A stretch of 64,000 nucleotides of DNA. It comes from Octopus sinensis (taxonomy: Eukaryota). Within the stretch, counting starts at the first letter, position 1; every line of letters begins with the position of its first letter. Positions 13,448-27,423 of this stretch are shown here, one piece after another. The notes beneath the pieces were generated by a model. The model was given only the letters and a program-made list of their open reading frames with translations, was not told where the DNA came from and did no database searches. The stretch spans positions 9,982,001-10,046,000 of the forward strand of contig NC_043015.1 in the NCBI RefSeq assembly GCF_006345805.1, written 5' to 3'. The position numbers and the translations under genes were made by a program.

Positions 13448-13949
13448 TCTATATATATAAAACTGTAGTTGTGTGAGTGTCTGTCCCCTTCGATTTAGAT
13501 TCCTAACTACTCCCACATTTTGCGGTGCAGTTTAACCAAATTCGGGTAGCTTATAGTCGTGATTCATATCGAGCCCGTCTGAGTATTATTTTATTCCATT
13601 TAATGCACATAATTTTTCGTGTGTCGATGGCGGTGAAGTTGGCGTCCACGCTCACACCTGCACCTGTGGGGAAGGGAGTGTAAGGAAATCAACGTCGTAA
13701 GGAAATCAACGTCGTAATGCGTTGTCAAGGAGACCAGCGTTCTTTTAGAACAACGACTCATGGCTTGAAGACACCAAAAGAGAAATGGCTAAGAAAGCGT
13801 CTACATGAGTCTACGATTTAAAAAAAAAATTTACCATCGTTTTTTTTTTCCATTTTAATGCATTTTTTCTATTTTTGGCTATAACTCTCTAAAAATGCTT
13901 ATATAGTTATTTCCCTTACAAACCCGAGCAACGCCGGTGATACTGCTAG
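13448..13949 (+). mobile_element. Non-autonomous Helitron
   Basis: 5' A|TCTATATATATAAAAC; 3' hairpin CCCGAGCAACGCCGG followed by TACTGCTAG|T; internal 17-bp tandem duplication TAAGGAAATCAACGTCG. Confidence 0.8.
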
Positions 13950-14083
13950 TAATATTATATATATATGTATATTTATGTATATACGTATGTATGTATACAC
14001 ACGCATATATATACACATATACATACATACATATATATATATATATACATATACGCACACACACATATATATATATATATAAT

Positions 14084-14238
14084 AGGGGTAGGAGTGGCTG
14101 TGTGCATAGGCGTAAGAGTGGCTGCGTTGTAAGTAGCTTGCTTACCAACCCCATGGGTCCGGGTTCAGTCCCACTGCGTGGAACCTTCGGCAAGTGTCTT
14201 CTACTATAGCTTCGGGTGACCAAAGCATTGTGAGTGGT
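14084..14238 (+). mobile_element. SINE family A, 5' part only, with duplicated head
   Basis: GAGTGGCTG occurs twice, then GTAAGTAGCTTGCTTACCAACC..GGTTCAGTCCCACTGCGTGG. Confidence 0.8.
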
Positions 14239-14631
14239 AATAGTTTAATTCGGAAACGTAGAATATTTCAATACAAGTTCAGAGTTGGGCTTAACTTCAA
14301 CATGGAAAACATGAGCATCGCCGGGTCCAACAGTTAGTATACACATATATGATCAATAAAATTGTAAAATCAAAATCTTTTCTCATTGAATACGGTTGGA
14401 AAAGTTTCAGCCCTAAAAAAATTGATTCAGTAAGCAACATCCCTTGAAATACGAGCGATATGGATTATCTACCGAAAAAATACAACACTGCATGTTACGC
14501 ATAATTACAATTGCTATAAACGCGTAGACATCGAATATCGTTTTCAGTATATTTTGAAATTGAGACTGAACATAGAATCCCAGGATGTACAGTGTAATCT
14601 TGATGAAAGCTTATTATACCCTTATTTGGAA

Positions 14632-15014
14632 CTAGCAGTATCGCCCGGCGTTGCTCAGGTTTGTAAGGGAAGTAACTATAAGGCATTTTTAGAGAGTTAT
14701 AGCCAAAAGATAGCAAAAACATGGAAAAAAATTATGGTAAATTTTTTTTGAGATTTAAAAAAGGGGGAGTTGCGTCCCCTAGACAGGTTGTGGTTTGTGT
14801 TTCTAATTCTCGACCCCATGTCGAATTTATCGATTCTTTTCAGAACTGGGGGAACTTTTCATAATTTTCGCTGCGTTAGTTTTGAATTATGACATTGGGC
14901 TATGTGTGTGTCAAGTTTCATCAGAATCGGTTGAAAGCCGTGGTCAGGGTGAGGGTACAAGCAAACAGACACACAGAAACATGCACAGACAAACTGCCGT
15001 TTATATAGAGAGAG
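14632..15014 (-). mobile_element. Non-autonomous Helitron sharing its 3' module with 13448-13949
   Basis: Reverse complement ends CCCTTACAAACCTGAGCAACGCCGGGCGATACTGCTAG|T and begins TCTCTCTCTATATAA. Confidence 0.8.
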
Positions 15015-15799
15015 ATATACACTCGTTTGACTCTGAAGAGATTTAGATGTACTTATTTGCAAGCAAATACTGGTAAGCAAAGATTCTATATTGTTTCTGT
15101 TGATATTTTAAATTTACATAGTAATACCTCGCACGTCTACGAAAGCTTTTTGATTTAATGTTGACCGATAAAATAACGAAAACTACCAACAAACATGCCC
15201 TGCCTATGCCAAAAAGGTGATGGCATATCACAAGGTATATTTTTAGTAATATTTTGGTGATATGTGTTCACATATATCATTAACAACTGAAGATGTCTCT
15301 ACATAGCTGTTTCATTTTAGATTAGGAAAATGTTAATAAACTTTGAAGTTATGATGGTCAGTAAATTTATAGCTACGGTTAAACCATAAAAAATAATATT
15401 TAATTAACGATGGAGCATTTATTTTAAGATATTTGTTTATGAATAAAAGTTAAATGACAGAAACATACATTTGCATTAAAAGCACAGCTCAAAGCAGAAG
15501 TTCTCTTCACTTCCTCTCAGCTTAAACAGAAATTCACATGAACGAACAAGTCATTCATCCAAGCAAGAACACCTCACACATTACTACCGACTCTTACAAA
15601 ACATGATCAAAAGCATCAAAGGATTATGCGAATTGTAAAACATATTTACTTAAGCAAAAAGCCTTTTCCACTAAGTAAACAATCAAGTGAAAAAGGGCAA
15701 AGTCTATAGCTGCTGAAGTTCTCTGGAAACTACAAAGTACTATCATGTATCTACGCTTTACGCAAGACGTGTCGAGATATTTCATTGTATTTATAACAG

Positions 15800-15853
15800 G
15801 TATATATATATATAATATATATATATATGTATGTATATATATATGCATGTATG

Positions 15854-15899
<46 letters not shown>

Positions 15900-15928
15900 C
15901 ATACATATATATATACATATATATATTT

Positions 15929-15967
<39 letters not shown>

Positions 15968-16083
15968 CATATATATATGTATATACATATATATATACAT
16001 ATATATACACATACATACATACATTCATACATACATACATACATACATACATTCATACATACATACATACATACATACATACA

Positions 16084-16117
<34 letters not shown>

Positions 16118-16135
16118 CATACATACATACATACA

Positions 16136-16169
<34 letters not shown>

Positions 16170-16198
16170 CATACATACATACATACATATATACATAC
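15800..16198. repeat. Compound (TA)n/(TACA)n microsatellite, representative of dozens in the window
   Basis: About 400 bp of TA and TACA units; source of the YIYI/HTYI ORFs. Confidence 0.95.
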
Positions 16199-17690
16199 TA
16201 GCTGACGTACCGGGTAATTGCCGAAAAAGCGAGGTTTATGCATTGGTTCCGTTCTCTTAATCGTTTTGCTAATCTAGTAACAAAAATACAAAGTATGCTG
16301 CACTTAAAACCGTTTTTGTTCATTTACAGAGAATACCGAACCGCCTTACACATGATCTTGATATTAGGAAATCCCAATATGTTATAAATATCCAAATCGT
16401 GAAGTCTGTTACGTAATAACATGAAATTGAGTAACCCTGAAAATGGATTTAAAACGTTCCCAGGGTATATAGAACTTAGGAATAAATACCAATAAGGGAA
16501 TTGTATCAAAATCGTGTAGCATTTTACGTAATACGAGAATAATCAGATTTGAGATAATAACAATTCAAAGTAAATAAGTCTGAAAAGGAATTTTGTGCGT
16601 TCCCAGTGAATATAACTTTTAGGGCGCTAGTGTTGAAATAGATTCACAATGAATGTAGAAACGGACTGACATTTGGTTTTACAGTAGGCCTACAAATAAA
16701 TTTGCATATAGATTTTAAAATAATATAACATGTAGATTATCAATTCTTCTACAACACTTAGAAATATTACAATGATGATTTGGTGAATCTTATTAAGTTT
16801 GCAGAGCTTCTTGATAAACACCTTTTTGGTCTTTCTTTGTAGGGCATAAATAAACGAATGATTAGGATTGCAGAGTCTTGTGCATGCCACATAAAGTTGA
16901 CCATTGGAGAAAACAGGTTCCGCAAGGTGCAGAGCTACCACATCCAAGGTCTGCTGCTGGGTCTTGTTAATACACATTGCAAAGCTCAGTTTCAACGGAA
17001 ATTACAGGCCGTTGTACTGGAAAGGCAAATCCGAGGGAATAAGGGGAATTCTAGTAATGAATACAGCCTCACTATTTGCTTTACCAAGTCTCCAAGACTT
17101 TTGGTATTATCTTTAATATAAGTCGTGTGCCATTGCAAAAATGATGTGCAGTAAAGACCGAGCCAGTAAGAGTATACTTCAATCTCCTACGTTCAAACAC
17201 AGGTTTTGAAGCAGCATTTCTCAAACAATTTCAACTCTGTTATAAAATCCAGTTGTCCAAATTGTTTGCGTTTGACTGACAGGTACAGACTTAAATTTTA
17301 AGGATGGACAAATCTTTAAAACGAGAAGAAAGATTTAATTGTAGTTCTCTGAATATGATTTATATGAAGAGTTGGGCAAAAGAAGACGAATTACATAACC
17401 GAATGAGAGTGATAAGAAAGACAATCAATTATGCGAATACTAAAACAATCATTTGAATGGATATATATTATCATGGGTGAAGGAGGGAAATTAAATTATT
17501 TTGAAGTATATCTAGATAAAACTCCGATTCCCTTACCGATGAATAGTGAATAAACAAAAAAAATGAATAAATAATCGCTTCGCTTCCACCTTTGATTATT
17601 AATCACTGCGAATAATATAATACTTACAACGAACAATATGATGCAAAGTCAAGATTTGAGAACTTACGTTGATTTTATAAGATAGTTATG
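16198..17690 (-). mobile_element. Helitron remnant with PIF1 helicase C-terminus (about 16800-17220)
   Basis: 3' end CGGCAATTACCCGG..AGCTAG|T on the minus strand; KLSFAMCINKTQQQTLDVVALHLAEPVFSNGQLYVACTR. 5' boundary uncertain. Confidence 0.75.
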
Positions 17691-19264
17691 CCATATATAT
17701 CCACTACTGTAACTAGAGAGTACCTGTTTCTCTTTTTTAAGATATGAAAAAAGGAAATAATGAATCCACTTTGTATATTTTAGCTTAGCCATTTGAATAT
17801 TGTTAGTAATAAATACGGGATGTTTTTTATATCTAAATCATATACAACCAGGATTTCCACCGAGTTGTGCATATCCTATTCATTGCCATTAAAAAAAACA
17901 CAAACAATCATAAAGAGGTATACACACCTGCATATGAATATTCGTGGTGCATAGCATAAACATATATGTGTATCATATATTTTGAAACTAGAACCTCTTA
18001 CTGTTCTTTGTTTCCCTGTGCTTTCACAGTTTAAATATATCGTTCAATCTCATAATCTAATGTTCTTTTTATTTGTCTTTGAATTTTTGTTTTGCTTTTC
18101 TGGCTTCATTGTAGGCAGTATTCAAATAGATAACTTGTGCTATTTTCTTCTAAAATTATGAATTATGCAATAAGAAGACGCAATCTGATAATTCCAAAAG
18201 GCAAATCTTAAGTTACCAAGCGATGAACGCTGCTATTCTAATCATTTCATTATTACCACTATCAAAATTCACCGTATCTTTGTCACAATATCATTTTCAT
18301 CATCATCGTCGTCGTCGCCATTCTTATCATAATAACCGTCAACAGCATCATCATCATCATCATCATCATCATTATCTTCGTCATCGTCTTCAACAATGGA
18401 AAATTAACTAAAAAGTAGTAGCGACGTCGACTGTAATGTATATTATAATAATGATTGTCAAGTGTTATATTATTTTACAACTTACCATCATCATCATCAT
18501 CATGAACATCGGTTTTATTATCACCAGTCTTTTTTGATCCTCATAAAGGTCGTCATTCTTTCCTCATCTTCCTTTTTCTCCTATCCAGCCTCTCCATCAC
18601 ACACTTTAATTACTCCTCCTTTACTTTTCTTACTCATGCTTTTTGTTATGTTTTACCTTCGGATGCCTCTACTACTCTGCTTGCCTCTGTTCTAGTCCTC
18701 TCTACACAGCTACTCCGACTGCTACTCTGACGTCTAGGCTTCTCCCTTATATCTACGTATTGGGCTAGCCTACTTCATCGTCTGGGGGCGTCCACACAAC
18801 ACTTTCCTCATAATCATCTTCACCATCATCGCAGTGATCATATTGGTGAACATCGACATTCCTATTTTTCTTAAAGTCGATACAAAGATTATCGTTATCT
18901 GTGAGAATAGACATGCAAACTGGAACGTCTATGAATATGTTTTTCAATATTTACATAATCATTTTCATCGCCGTTACCATTATCATAATAACCATAATCA
19001 TCCTCATCTTTGTAAACATCGCCACATATATTTCCTCCTCCTCTCCATCAACACCATTATCATCACCACCATCGTCGCCGTCATCGTCATCATAGTCTTC
19101 ATCATTGTCGTCGTCGTTATGACAATGCTAATTGACACTAAAAACAACATAAGCATTAACATCGTCATCACAGCGGCATTTTTATTGTTACCGACGTCGA
19201 ATACTCTACGTTCATCAACATTACAACCACTAAATTAATTGGTGATATACTTATTAATTATATA

Positions 19265-19493
19265 TTTCTTTATTGTCCACAAGGGGCTAAACATAGAGTG
19301 GACAAACAAGGACAGACGAAGGGATTAAGTCGATTACATCGACCCCAGTGCGTAACTGGTACTTTATTTATCGACCGCGAAAGGATGAAAGGCAAAGTCG
19401 ACCTCGGCGGAATTCGAACACTGAACGTAACGGCAAACGAAATACAGCTATGCATTTCGCCCGGCGTGCTAACGATTCTGCCAGCTCGCCGCC
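19265..19493 (-). mobile_element. tRNA-derived SINE, family B (Deu/Nin-domain-like)
   Basis: Head GGCGGCGAGCTGGCAGAATCGTTAGC; central GAGGTCGACTTTGCCTTTCATCCTTTCG.GGTCGATAAA..GTACCAG resembles the Deu/Nin domain (recalled, not searched). Confidence 0.8.
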
Positions 19494-19799
19494 CTATTAA
19501 TACTTTATAATTATAATCATATTTTCTTACTAACTATAATCATATTTACCTGAGTCTCATTGATTCAGAAGTTATTTTGTGTTAACTTCTATCTGTTAAC
19601 TCACTGAAAAAAATTGTTGAATCTGATCCTGACTAAGATGTCGTTGATACGATGTATAGTTGGGTTTAGACAAGGAACTATTATCTGAAAAGCACGCCCG
19701 CATTCCCTCCACACAATTATCTCAATTGTAGGCGTCATTGTAAATGTGATTTTACATAAATGTAATGGGTATTTTTTAGGGTATTTCATATTTTGTATC

Positions 19800-19936
19800 C
19801 CGCTAAATCTCCCTGAGAACCACGTTCAGTGTTCGCGTGTATGTGGTTTGCTCAAACACTTGCACGTCATTTTCATGTCCAGTCTGTTCCATTAACCGGA
19901 TCAACTGGAACACTCGTTGTTGTAAACGACGGAGTA

Positions 19937-19940
<4 letters not shown>
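19800..19940 (+). mobile_element. SINE family C 3' part (Ceph-SINE-like)
   Basis: AATCTCCCTGAGAAC..CACTTGCAC..AACGACGGAGT is shared with 50608-50900 (-) and 57615-57732 (+). Confidence 0.55.
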
Positions 19941-19991
<51 letters not shown>

Positions 19992-20159
19992 TTGTATGCA
20001 TGTATGTATGCATGCATGTATGTACGCATGGATGTATTTATGTATTTCTGTATTTATGTATTTCTGTATGTATGTATGCATGCATGCATGTGTGTATGTA
20101 TGTATGTATGTATACATCGGTTCATATCTACTTTTGTACTTATGAAAAATTCACATTTA

Positions 20160-23100
20160 TGCATATGAATATCGTCATATGAATATGTATCTCAAAAATA
20201 CAGAAAAATGTCACGCAAGGACTGTTAAATCATAAAATAAACTGATTTAAAATGTTCCTATGTTTACAAGCGTGAGAGTTGATAATTTTAAAATATAACA
20301 AATATAATAAAAACTAAAATAGAATTCAAACAGATAAAAAAAATTAAATAAATAAAACAATTACCACGGTCATAAAATGTTTTTATGCATCTTTAATGAT
20401 ATTCATCTAACGATAGTTTAACTAGTGCCCATTTTTATTATATAAAACTGATATAATAAAATTTATATAATATGTTAAATATTTATGGTGTAGTAAAATA
20501 TATATATATTTTTACATTTCTATGTACTATTATGAAAGAATAGATAAGGATCTATGTTATTCACACACGAAATTCATTAAAAAACTGTTAATCAACAATT
20601 CATTAATTCAAAAGTTTCTCCTAAATACGCTTAGGTTAAATAAATGTATGAAGTCACGATTATTATACTATTTCTTACAAAAAAAATTTAATAATATATA
20701 AATAAATATCTTTTACATAGTTTTACAGACGAAAATAAGTTAGAGTAAGCCAATAGTTTTATATTTTTATAACCTTTATGTGCATATAAGTATGAAAGAA
20801 CATAATATCATGGTATATACTAAATATCTAGGTTCTACAAGAACTATCCATATATGCATAATTATTCAATATCATGTATAATTATCTTTAATAATTATTC
20901 TTATCCGTTTATGCGTACTAATATAAATATTATCCTTATAGTTTCCCATATAACTTCCATATAAACCTGGTACTGTTCAACCTCTCCCTGTTCGTTTGCA
21001 ACGAGTCTTTTAATAAAAATCTTCAGTTGACCCAATGTAAAAACAATTTTTCCCTTCAGATTCATTTCTACATCAACATACAAGGTTATTTTGCGTACAA
21101 AAATTATTGAAATAACATTTACCCTTAAATGTGTAATCACAAGTAATAGCGAGATAATTATCAGTACTAAAATTACTATTATTTTTATTTCTATTATTAG
21201 AAGAATTGTCTACTTTTCGGAATTAATTGAAGAGATAATTCTAAACAAATTTTAGATAGTGAAAAACTAATTCTAACATTTTATTTTGAATTATTTTATT
21301 ATATTTCGGTTCTTTACTAAAATGTTTAGATACAGATCTATAAAAAGCTTAATCAACTTAGATTATATTTGTCTTACATAAGGAAGAATTAACCAAATAT
21401 TATGTTCATTTGTAGAATTAATAGTATTAACTGTCATAAAACCGGCATTTTAGTCTTAAACTAAAGCCAATTTTCATACAGAGTATTATAATTACTGCAC
21501 TTCTTATTTATACTACTTCTCTTATTATTACTATTCTTCTAATTATTATTAACATCAATATTACTATCGTAATGCAGGTTTTGTGTATCTATATTATTGG
21601 TATTGATTTTAGAATATACGTTAACACTATGTTTCGTTCCCCTCTTAATTTGGTTATCTTTCTATTCTGTAATGGTTAATTTACTAATTACCTCATCAAC
21701 ATTATTGCTATTTGTATTTTTATGAGATTTAAGAATTTAAATTTTATTACTCACAGCACTAGTATTAAATCCATAATATTTTTTATAGCCTTCAATTTTA
21801 TTACAAAATACAATCCAATACATATATTCCACTTTTTTAAGGGCCACATTATAATATTCTGCATTATTGTTAAAAATTCCTCATTAATAATATGAAAATA
21901 AATATCAAAATAAATATGAAACACACCTGGAAATATTTTCAACTAAAGTTCATGTAATAGTTTTAGGATAATAATTTTTAATTTAATGTATTTCAAATTA
22001 TTGCTTGTCTTATGATATGAGACATATTGGTCAGTGACGAGATTGGGATTAACATCTAAATAATTACGGATACACTCCGCCTATAATATCTGGAAATTTA
22101 CCACTAACATGAAATATAGTGTATGTATCTACGGTATCAGTAACTTGGGTAGAACCAGCTGATCCCATAGATGTCAAAAAATTATTAGTATTTTTTAGAC
22201 CAGTACTTATTATCAAATAAAATAATAGATCTTCGAGCTTCCAAAATTACCTTAATTTCTTTAAAACTAAGGTTAGAGAATTTTCTAGCAAATGAATGAG
22301 CATTATTAAGTGCAACAGGATTAATAGAAGACTAGCTTTTAATACATGTTTATATCAATTTACTTCTTATTCTTCTCTTTTCTATGAAACCAATAAACAG
22401 CTTCTTGCGTATCAGACCAAAGATCAAGTTTTATTTTTTTCTGAAGTGTAGGTATATACAGATGTAGAATAATCTTACTTAATCTATCCAGGTCAGATCG
22501 TCCTGGGCAAACTAATCTAACTTTAGGGTTAGAAAAGGAATTTTCTTTATGATCTTTATAAGATATCCTAGGCCTCATAAACACAAACGACTTTGTTCTA
22601 TCATCAAGATCATAATCATTCATAATCGTGTTAGGTTCTATTTTAATAGACCTTAAAACATTTTTACTTACTACTTGTAATTACTAGTATTCTCTTCCTG
22701 CATTAATTCATGATATTTTAATAAATCTATATCATATACAGTTTCCGTTTGTAAGATTTCACAGTAATTCCATTTTTGCAAGATCACATACTAAACACTT
22801 TAGTTTCTTTAAATGTTAATTTAACCTAAGGAGATATTTTTAAAAATGTGTATATTTGACTGTTTCATCAGTTGTCTGCAAAAGCCTCCAAGTAGCGATT
22901 TGTGGTGGAAATCTTTTAGTATTCAATTATTTTTAAAAGGTTCATGTCTCGTTAAGAGGGTTAATTTCTTGTTCAGAATCATTATCATGGTAAAATGCCT
23001 TCCAAGTCATCCTATGGATGAATTCAAGAGTTCTATTAAATGGTATTAATTAGGTCCTTCATGAGCTCTTTCCTACGTGCAATAGGATTTTTTAAAAAAT

Positions 23101-24075
23101 ATAAGTCAATTGGTTCTTTCTTCATTTATACCAGCGGAATAAAATAGAATTACTTAAGTAATATACAAATATGTTATTATCATCCAATCCAAGGAAATAT
23201 CAATTTGTTTTCAAGGGATAGAAAACATCCAATTTCTACTGGTTCATCAGTCAATTTCTACAATATAGTAGAGAAAAAAAATCAGAAATTAAATGGTATA
23301 ATTTCAATATATACATATTAAAGAAAATAGAGCAACATAATTCACAGATTATAAAATTAGTAACATTATAATAAAATATAATTATACTATAATATAATAA
23401 ATAACTAAAAAATGTATATAACCTACAATTTACTTCGATTCATATCCACTAGTGCGTTTATTAAAAAATCACATTTATATATATGAATCTCGTCAGGCTA
23501 ATATTTGTCTCAAAAATACACAATGATGTCAAGCAAGGACTGCTAAATCGTACAATAGACTGATTAAACATATTTGTATGTTTATAACCGTGAGTGTTAA
23601 TAATTTTAAAATTTACTAAATATAATAAAAACAAAACCAAAATTCTAATTGATAAAATAATTTAAACAAAACAATTACAACGGTCATAAAATGTTCTTAT
23701 GCATCTTTTATGATATTAATATAACAGTATTTTAATCTCAAATAATCACTGCCCATTTTTATTGCATAAAATCTAATATAATAAAGTTTATATAGTATGT
23801 TAAATATTTATGGTGTAGTAACAAATATTTTTTTAAAAATTTCTATATACAATTATTGAAAGAATAAATAAGGATCTATTTTATTCACACACAAAATTCA
23901 TTAAAAAAAAACTTTTCATTAATTCAAAAATTTCTAAATACGCTGAGGTTAAACAAATGTATAAAGTTACGATTATTATAACCTATACTATTTCTTACAT
24001 AAATATGGTAATAATAAATAAGTAAATAACTTATCAGAATCTTACTTAGTTTTACAGAAGAAAATAAAATAACCA
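20160..24075 (-). mobile_element. Decayed Penelope-like retroelement (probably Naiad-type) flanked by about 570 bp direct repeats (pLTRs)
   Basis: 20185-20760 aligns with 23505-24075. Minus-strand RISYKDHKENSFSNPKVRLVCPGRSDLDRLSKIIL; MGSAGSTQV..GGVYRNYL (RT MGS..YRDD-like); hammerhead-like core at 23418-23500. Confidence 0.75.
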
Positions 24076-24077
24076 CT

Positions 24078-24418
24078 GTAAGACAGTGACTGTGTGGTAA
24101 GTAGCTTGCTTACCAAGCACATGGCTCCGTGTTCAGTCCCACTGCGTGGCACCTCAAGCAAGTGTCTTCCACTAAAGCCTCGTGCCCACCAAAACCTTGT
24201 GAGTGGCTTTGGTATACGGAGACTGACAGAAGCATGTCGGTTATATGTTTGTGTGTTTGTTTACGTTTGTCCCCACACCACCGCTTGACAACTGATGTCT
24301 GTGTGTTTATTTCCCCATAACGTAGTGCTTTGGCAAATAAAACCGTTCGAGTGAGTACTAGGCTAACAACAAACAACTTCTGGGATCAATCCTTTCGACA
24401 GAATGCGATGCTCCAGCA
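24078..24418 (+). mobile_element. SINE family A (diverged)
   Basis: GTGGTAAGTAGCTTGCTTACCAAGCACATGG..GTTCAGTCCCACTGCGTGGCA..GCTCCAGCA. Confidence 0.8.
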
Positions 24419-25339
24419 AATAAAAAATATAAGAAAAAAGATTAAAAATTGTTTACAAAAAATATCCGGAAATATGCACTTAAAATAGAAATGTTTTTAA
24501 TCATGAAAATGCCTTTTATAAAATTGTTTATATAAAATTCTTATTTATTAAATTTAACTTATATATACATAATCATTACATACAAACCTGAATACGTAAT
24601 TAAAACTTATATCTTAAATTTAACTACGAAAAAATAATATCGTTTGTACTCAAGACAAATATATTATGGTGCTTAATACTAAATTTTTTTAAACCGCTGT
24701 AATGTTATATATATCATTATAAATATACTAATTTGAAGCTACAAATAATTCAGACTAAGTAAAAACTTACAGATCTTTCAGTATTAATAACAAATTTTGC
24801 ACTCAAAACAATTAAGGTAAAGAATGTTATCAGATTGTAAAGTTTGGGTAAATATTACAAAGAAAGAAATGTTCACGTCATCGTCTATAACTTCAAAATA
24901 TTCCCAGAACCTTATGTCCCTATTCATTTTCTAATTTTTAAAACAAAGATTCTAATCTTTGGATTAAAGATTCTGCAGTTCGTAGCCCCAGCAAGGTCAC
25001 AGCAAAAGCAAAAGATAAAAGGGTATATAGTGCAGTTGCCTTTATATTTTTAATCGCTATAGCTTTTGTTTAAACGTCTTTCGTCTATCAAACCGATTTA
25101 CGTTTCTAATCGTGAATACATTTATCTTGAGATATGTTATAGATGGATGCACAAAATCTGTCCGGAATGCTGGGGGAAATACTTGCTGCAAAGTTTAACT
25201 AGTTATTTGATCAATGGCAAAGAGCAGAGTAGTCTCCGTTGCGCTGCATGACGTATCTGGTGCATTTAAAAGGGATTTAATTGGTATTTCTTTGAAGAAA
25301 ATCAATTGCACACTTGTCAAGAGCACTATTACATGACCG

Positions 25340-25935
25340 GCGTACAAGGGGGTGTATGCATCAAATATTTGTACTAAGGCAGATGTGTGAGAAGATTTTG
25401 GCAAATGAGAGGGTCTTTATGGACGTACGGATATGACGTGTGGATAGAGATGCAATGTGTCAGGCTTTGCGGTTGTATGGGGTAGATGGTATATTGTTGA
25501 GAGCAGTTCAGGGCTTTTATAAAGTCGGGCATGCGTTAGAATGAGTGGTGAAGTGAGTGAGTATTTTGATGTGAAGGTAGGCTAAAATAGGGTTGTGTTG
25601 TGTTTCCGTTCTTGGTGTGTTGAGAGAAGTAAATGCTAGAACGTTTGGTAAGGGACACCAAATTGTTGGAGAAAATGGAGAAGAATGGCAGGTGAGTCAG
25701 TTACTGTTTGCTGACGATACAGCATTGGCGACGGATTCGGAAGAGCAACAGAGGAGAATGGTGGTAGATTTTGGAAGAGTATGTGAGAGGAGGAAACTGA
25801 AAGTGAATGTAGCTAAAAGTAAGATGATGAGATTTTCGAGAGATAGAATGTATGTGAGTATAAATGGTGAGATGTTATAGGCGATCAGTGTTTTTAAGTA
25901 TCTCCGATCACATGTGACGGTGGATGGTTGGGGTT
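25340..25935 (+). mobile_element. RTE-clade LINE reverse-transcriptase remnant
   Basis: QIFVLRQMCEKILANE..VDRDAM..LRLYGVDG; WQVSQLLFADDTALATDSEEQQRRMV..KLKVNVAKSKMM. Confidence 0.8.
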
Positions 25936-26253
25936 TGGGTGAGAGAGTGTGATTTTAGTATCCAAAACAAATTCGGTTAACGTAAACGTCCTCGGCCTAC
26001 AATGCGACCTCTTGGTCCGTATTACTTTCAAATTATGCCAAAGACTATCTTTCATTAGGATTTATAGATCATAAATAACCTTATTATTTAACATTGTCCG
26101 AACAGACGAATATAAGTGTATATATAAATATACATATATCAGAAAATCAGCTGGACTAAGTAAATATAAAAAATAAAATTTCTGAAAATAAGTTTAATGC
26201 AGAAATATAATGACATAGATTGCAAAATAATATCACACACAAACACACACACA

Positions 26254-26333
<80 letters not shown>

Positions 26334-26485
26334 ATATATATATATATATTTATACATACATACATATACACACCGTTACATATATATATGCATAAATTTA
26401 TAAACGTATTTATATGTGTATTCATGTGCATGTATCTATCGATCTATCTCCCTATATATCTGTGTAAGTATATATCTCTCTCTCT

Positions 26486-26525
<40 letters not shown>

Positions 26526-27423
26526 ACATTATCATTGATAAGTCTATGCACCGAGAGTCAAACAACGAGCCGTAATTTTAAAATGAAAAATGGTATACGA
26601 AGCTCTACCACATTAATGGCAAAAACATAAAACAAGGCATAAATGCAAATAGGTAATAAAACAAATAACATTAACATAGTAAAAACATACTGTATAAATT
26701 CCAGTAAGACCAGCGTTGAGTTTTATCTTTATTTTTTTCTCTCTCCTGATATCAAAACAGATTTATTCATTGTAGGTATCTCATCGGTTTTATTACTTAG
26801 TGTGTCAAACACAGTCAAAATCTTGGCAACAATTAAAGTGATTCTATGTGAAAATAGCTCTATTTCACTTTTGACGCTCTTTCGAATATTTTAACAAGTA
26901 CAATTTTCACCAAGGCACTAAATTAAACTATCCATTTTAGCTGTCATGTCTCAAACTATTCTTCTCTTAATCGTTGCTGTCTCTTTTTAATACATCAATC
27001 AAAAATAAGCTTATACATTTTATCATCTATTTTTTCTGTATAACTCTTTATTTGGATGGTGAGTATTTTTGCTAACATCATAATCATTTTCAACATCAAC
27101 ATTACTATCATCATACTCATCATTAATGGAATTGTAATTATATACAGAATGTATTATTATTGTTGTTGTTGATTATGGTTTTGTTATTGTTATTGATATT
27201 AATATTATCATCATAATAATTGCTGTCTGCATTTCTTTTATTTTGTATGATATATTTGCTCAAACAATTATTATGACTTTTATTTCCATTCTCTCTTATT
27301 TTGTTTTTGTCGCTACTGTCATTTTCTTTCTTGTTTCGTTTGATTTTCTTGTTGTTTGTATTGGCAGTATTTCAGAAAAAGTTATGACAGACTTATTTTC
27401 GTTAGTTTTGATTTGCTGTTCAG

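Noticed and set aside
15624-16260. Long ORFs of [12 protein letters not shown] type (also at 6.8-7.2, 8.7-9.3, 29.2-30.3 kb and elsewhere)
   Set aside because: Translations of (TA)n, (TACA)n and (CA)n repeats, which lack stop codons; not genes.
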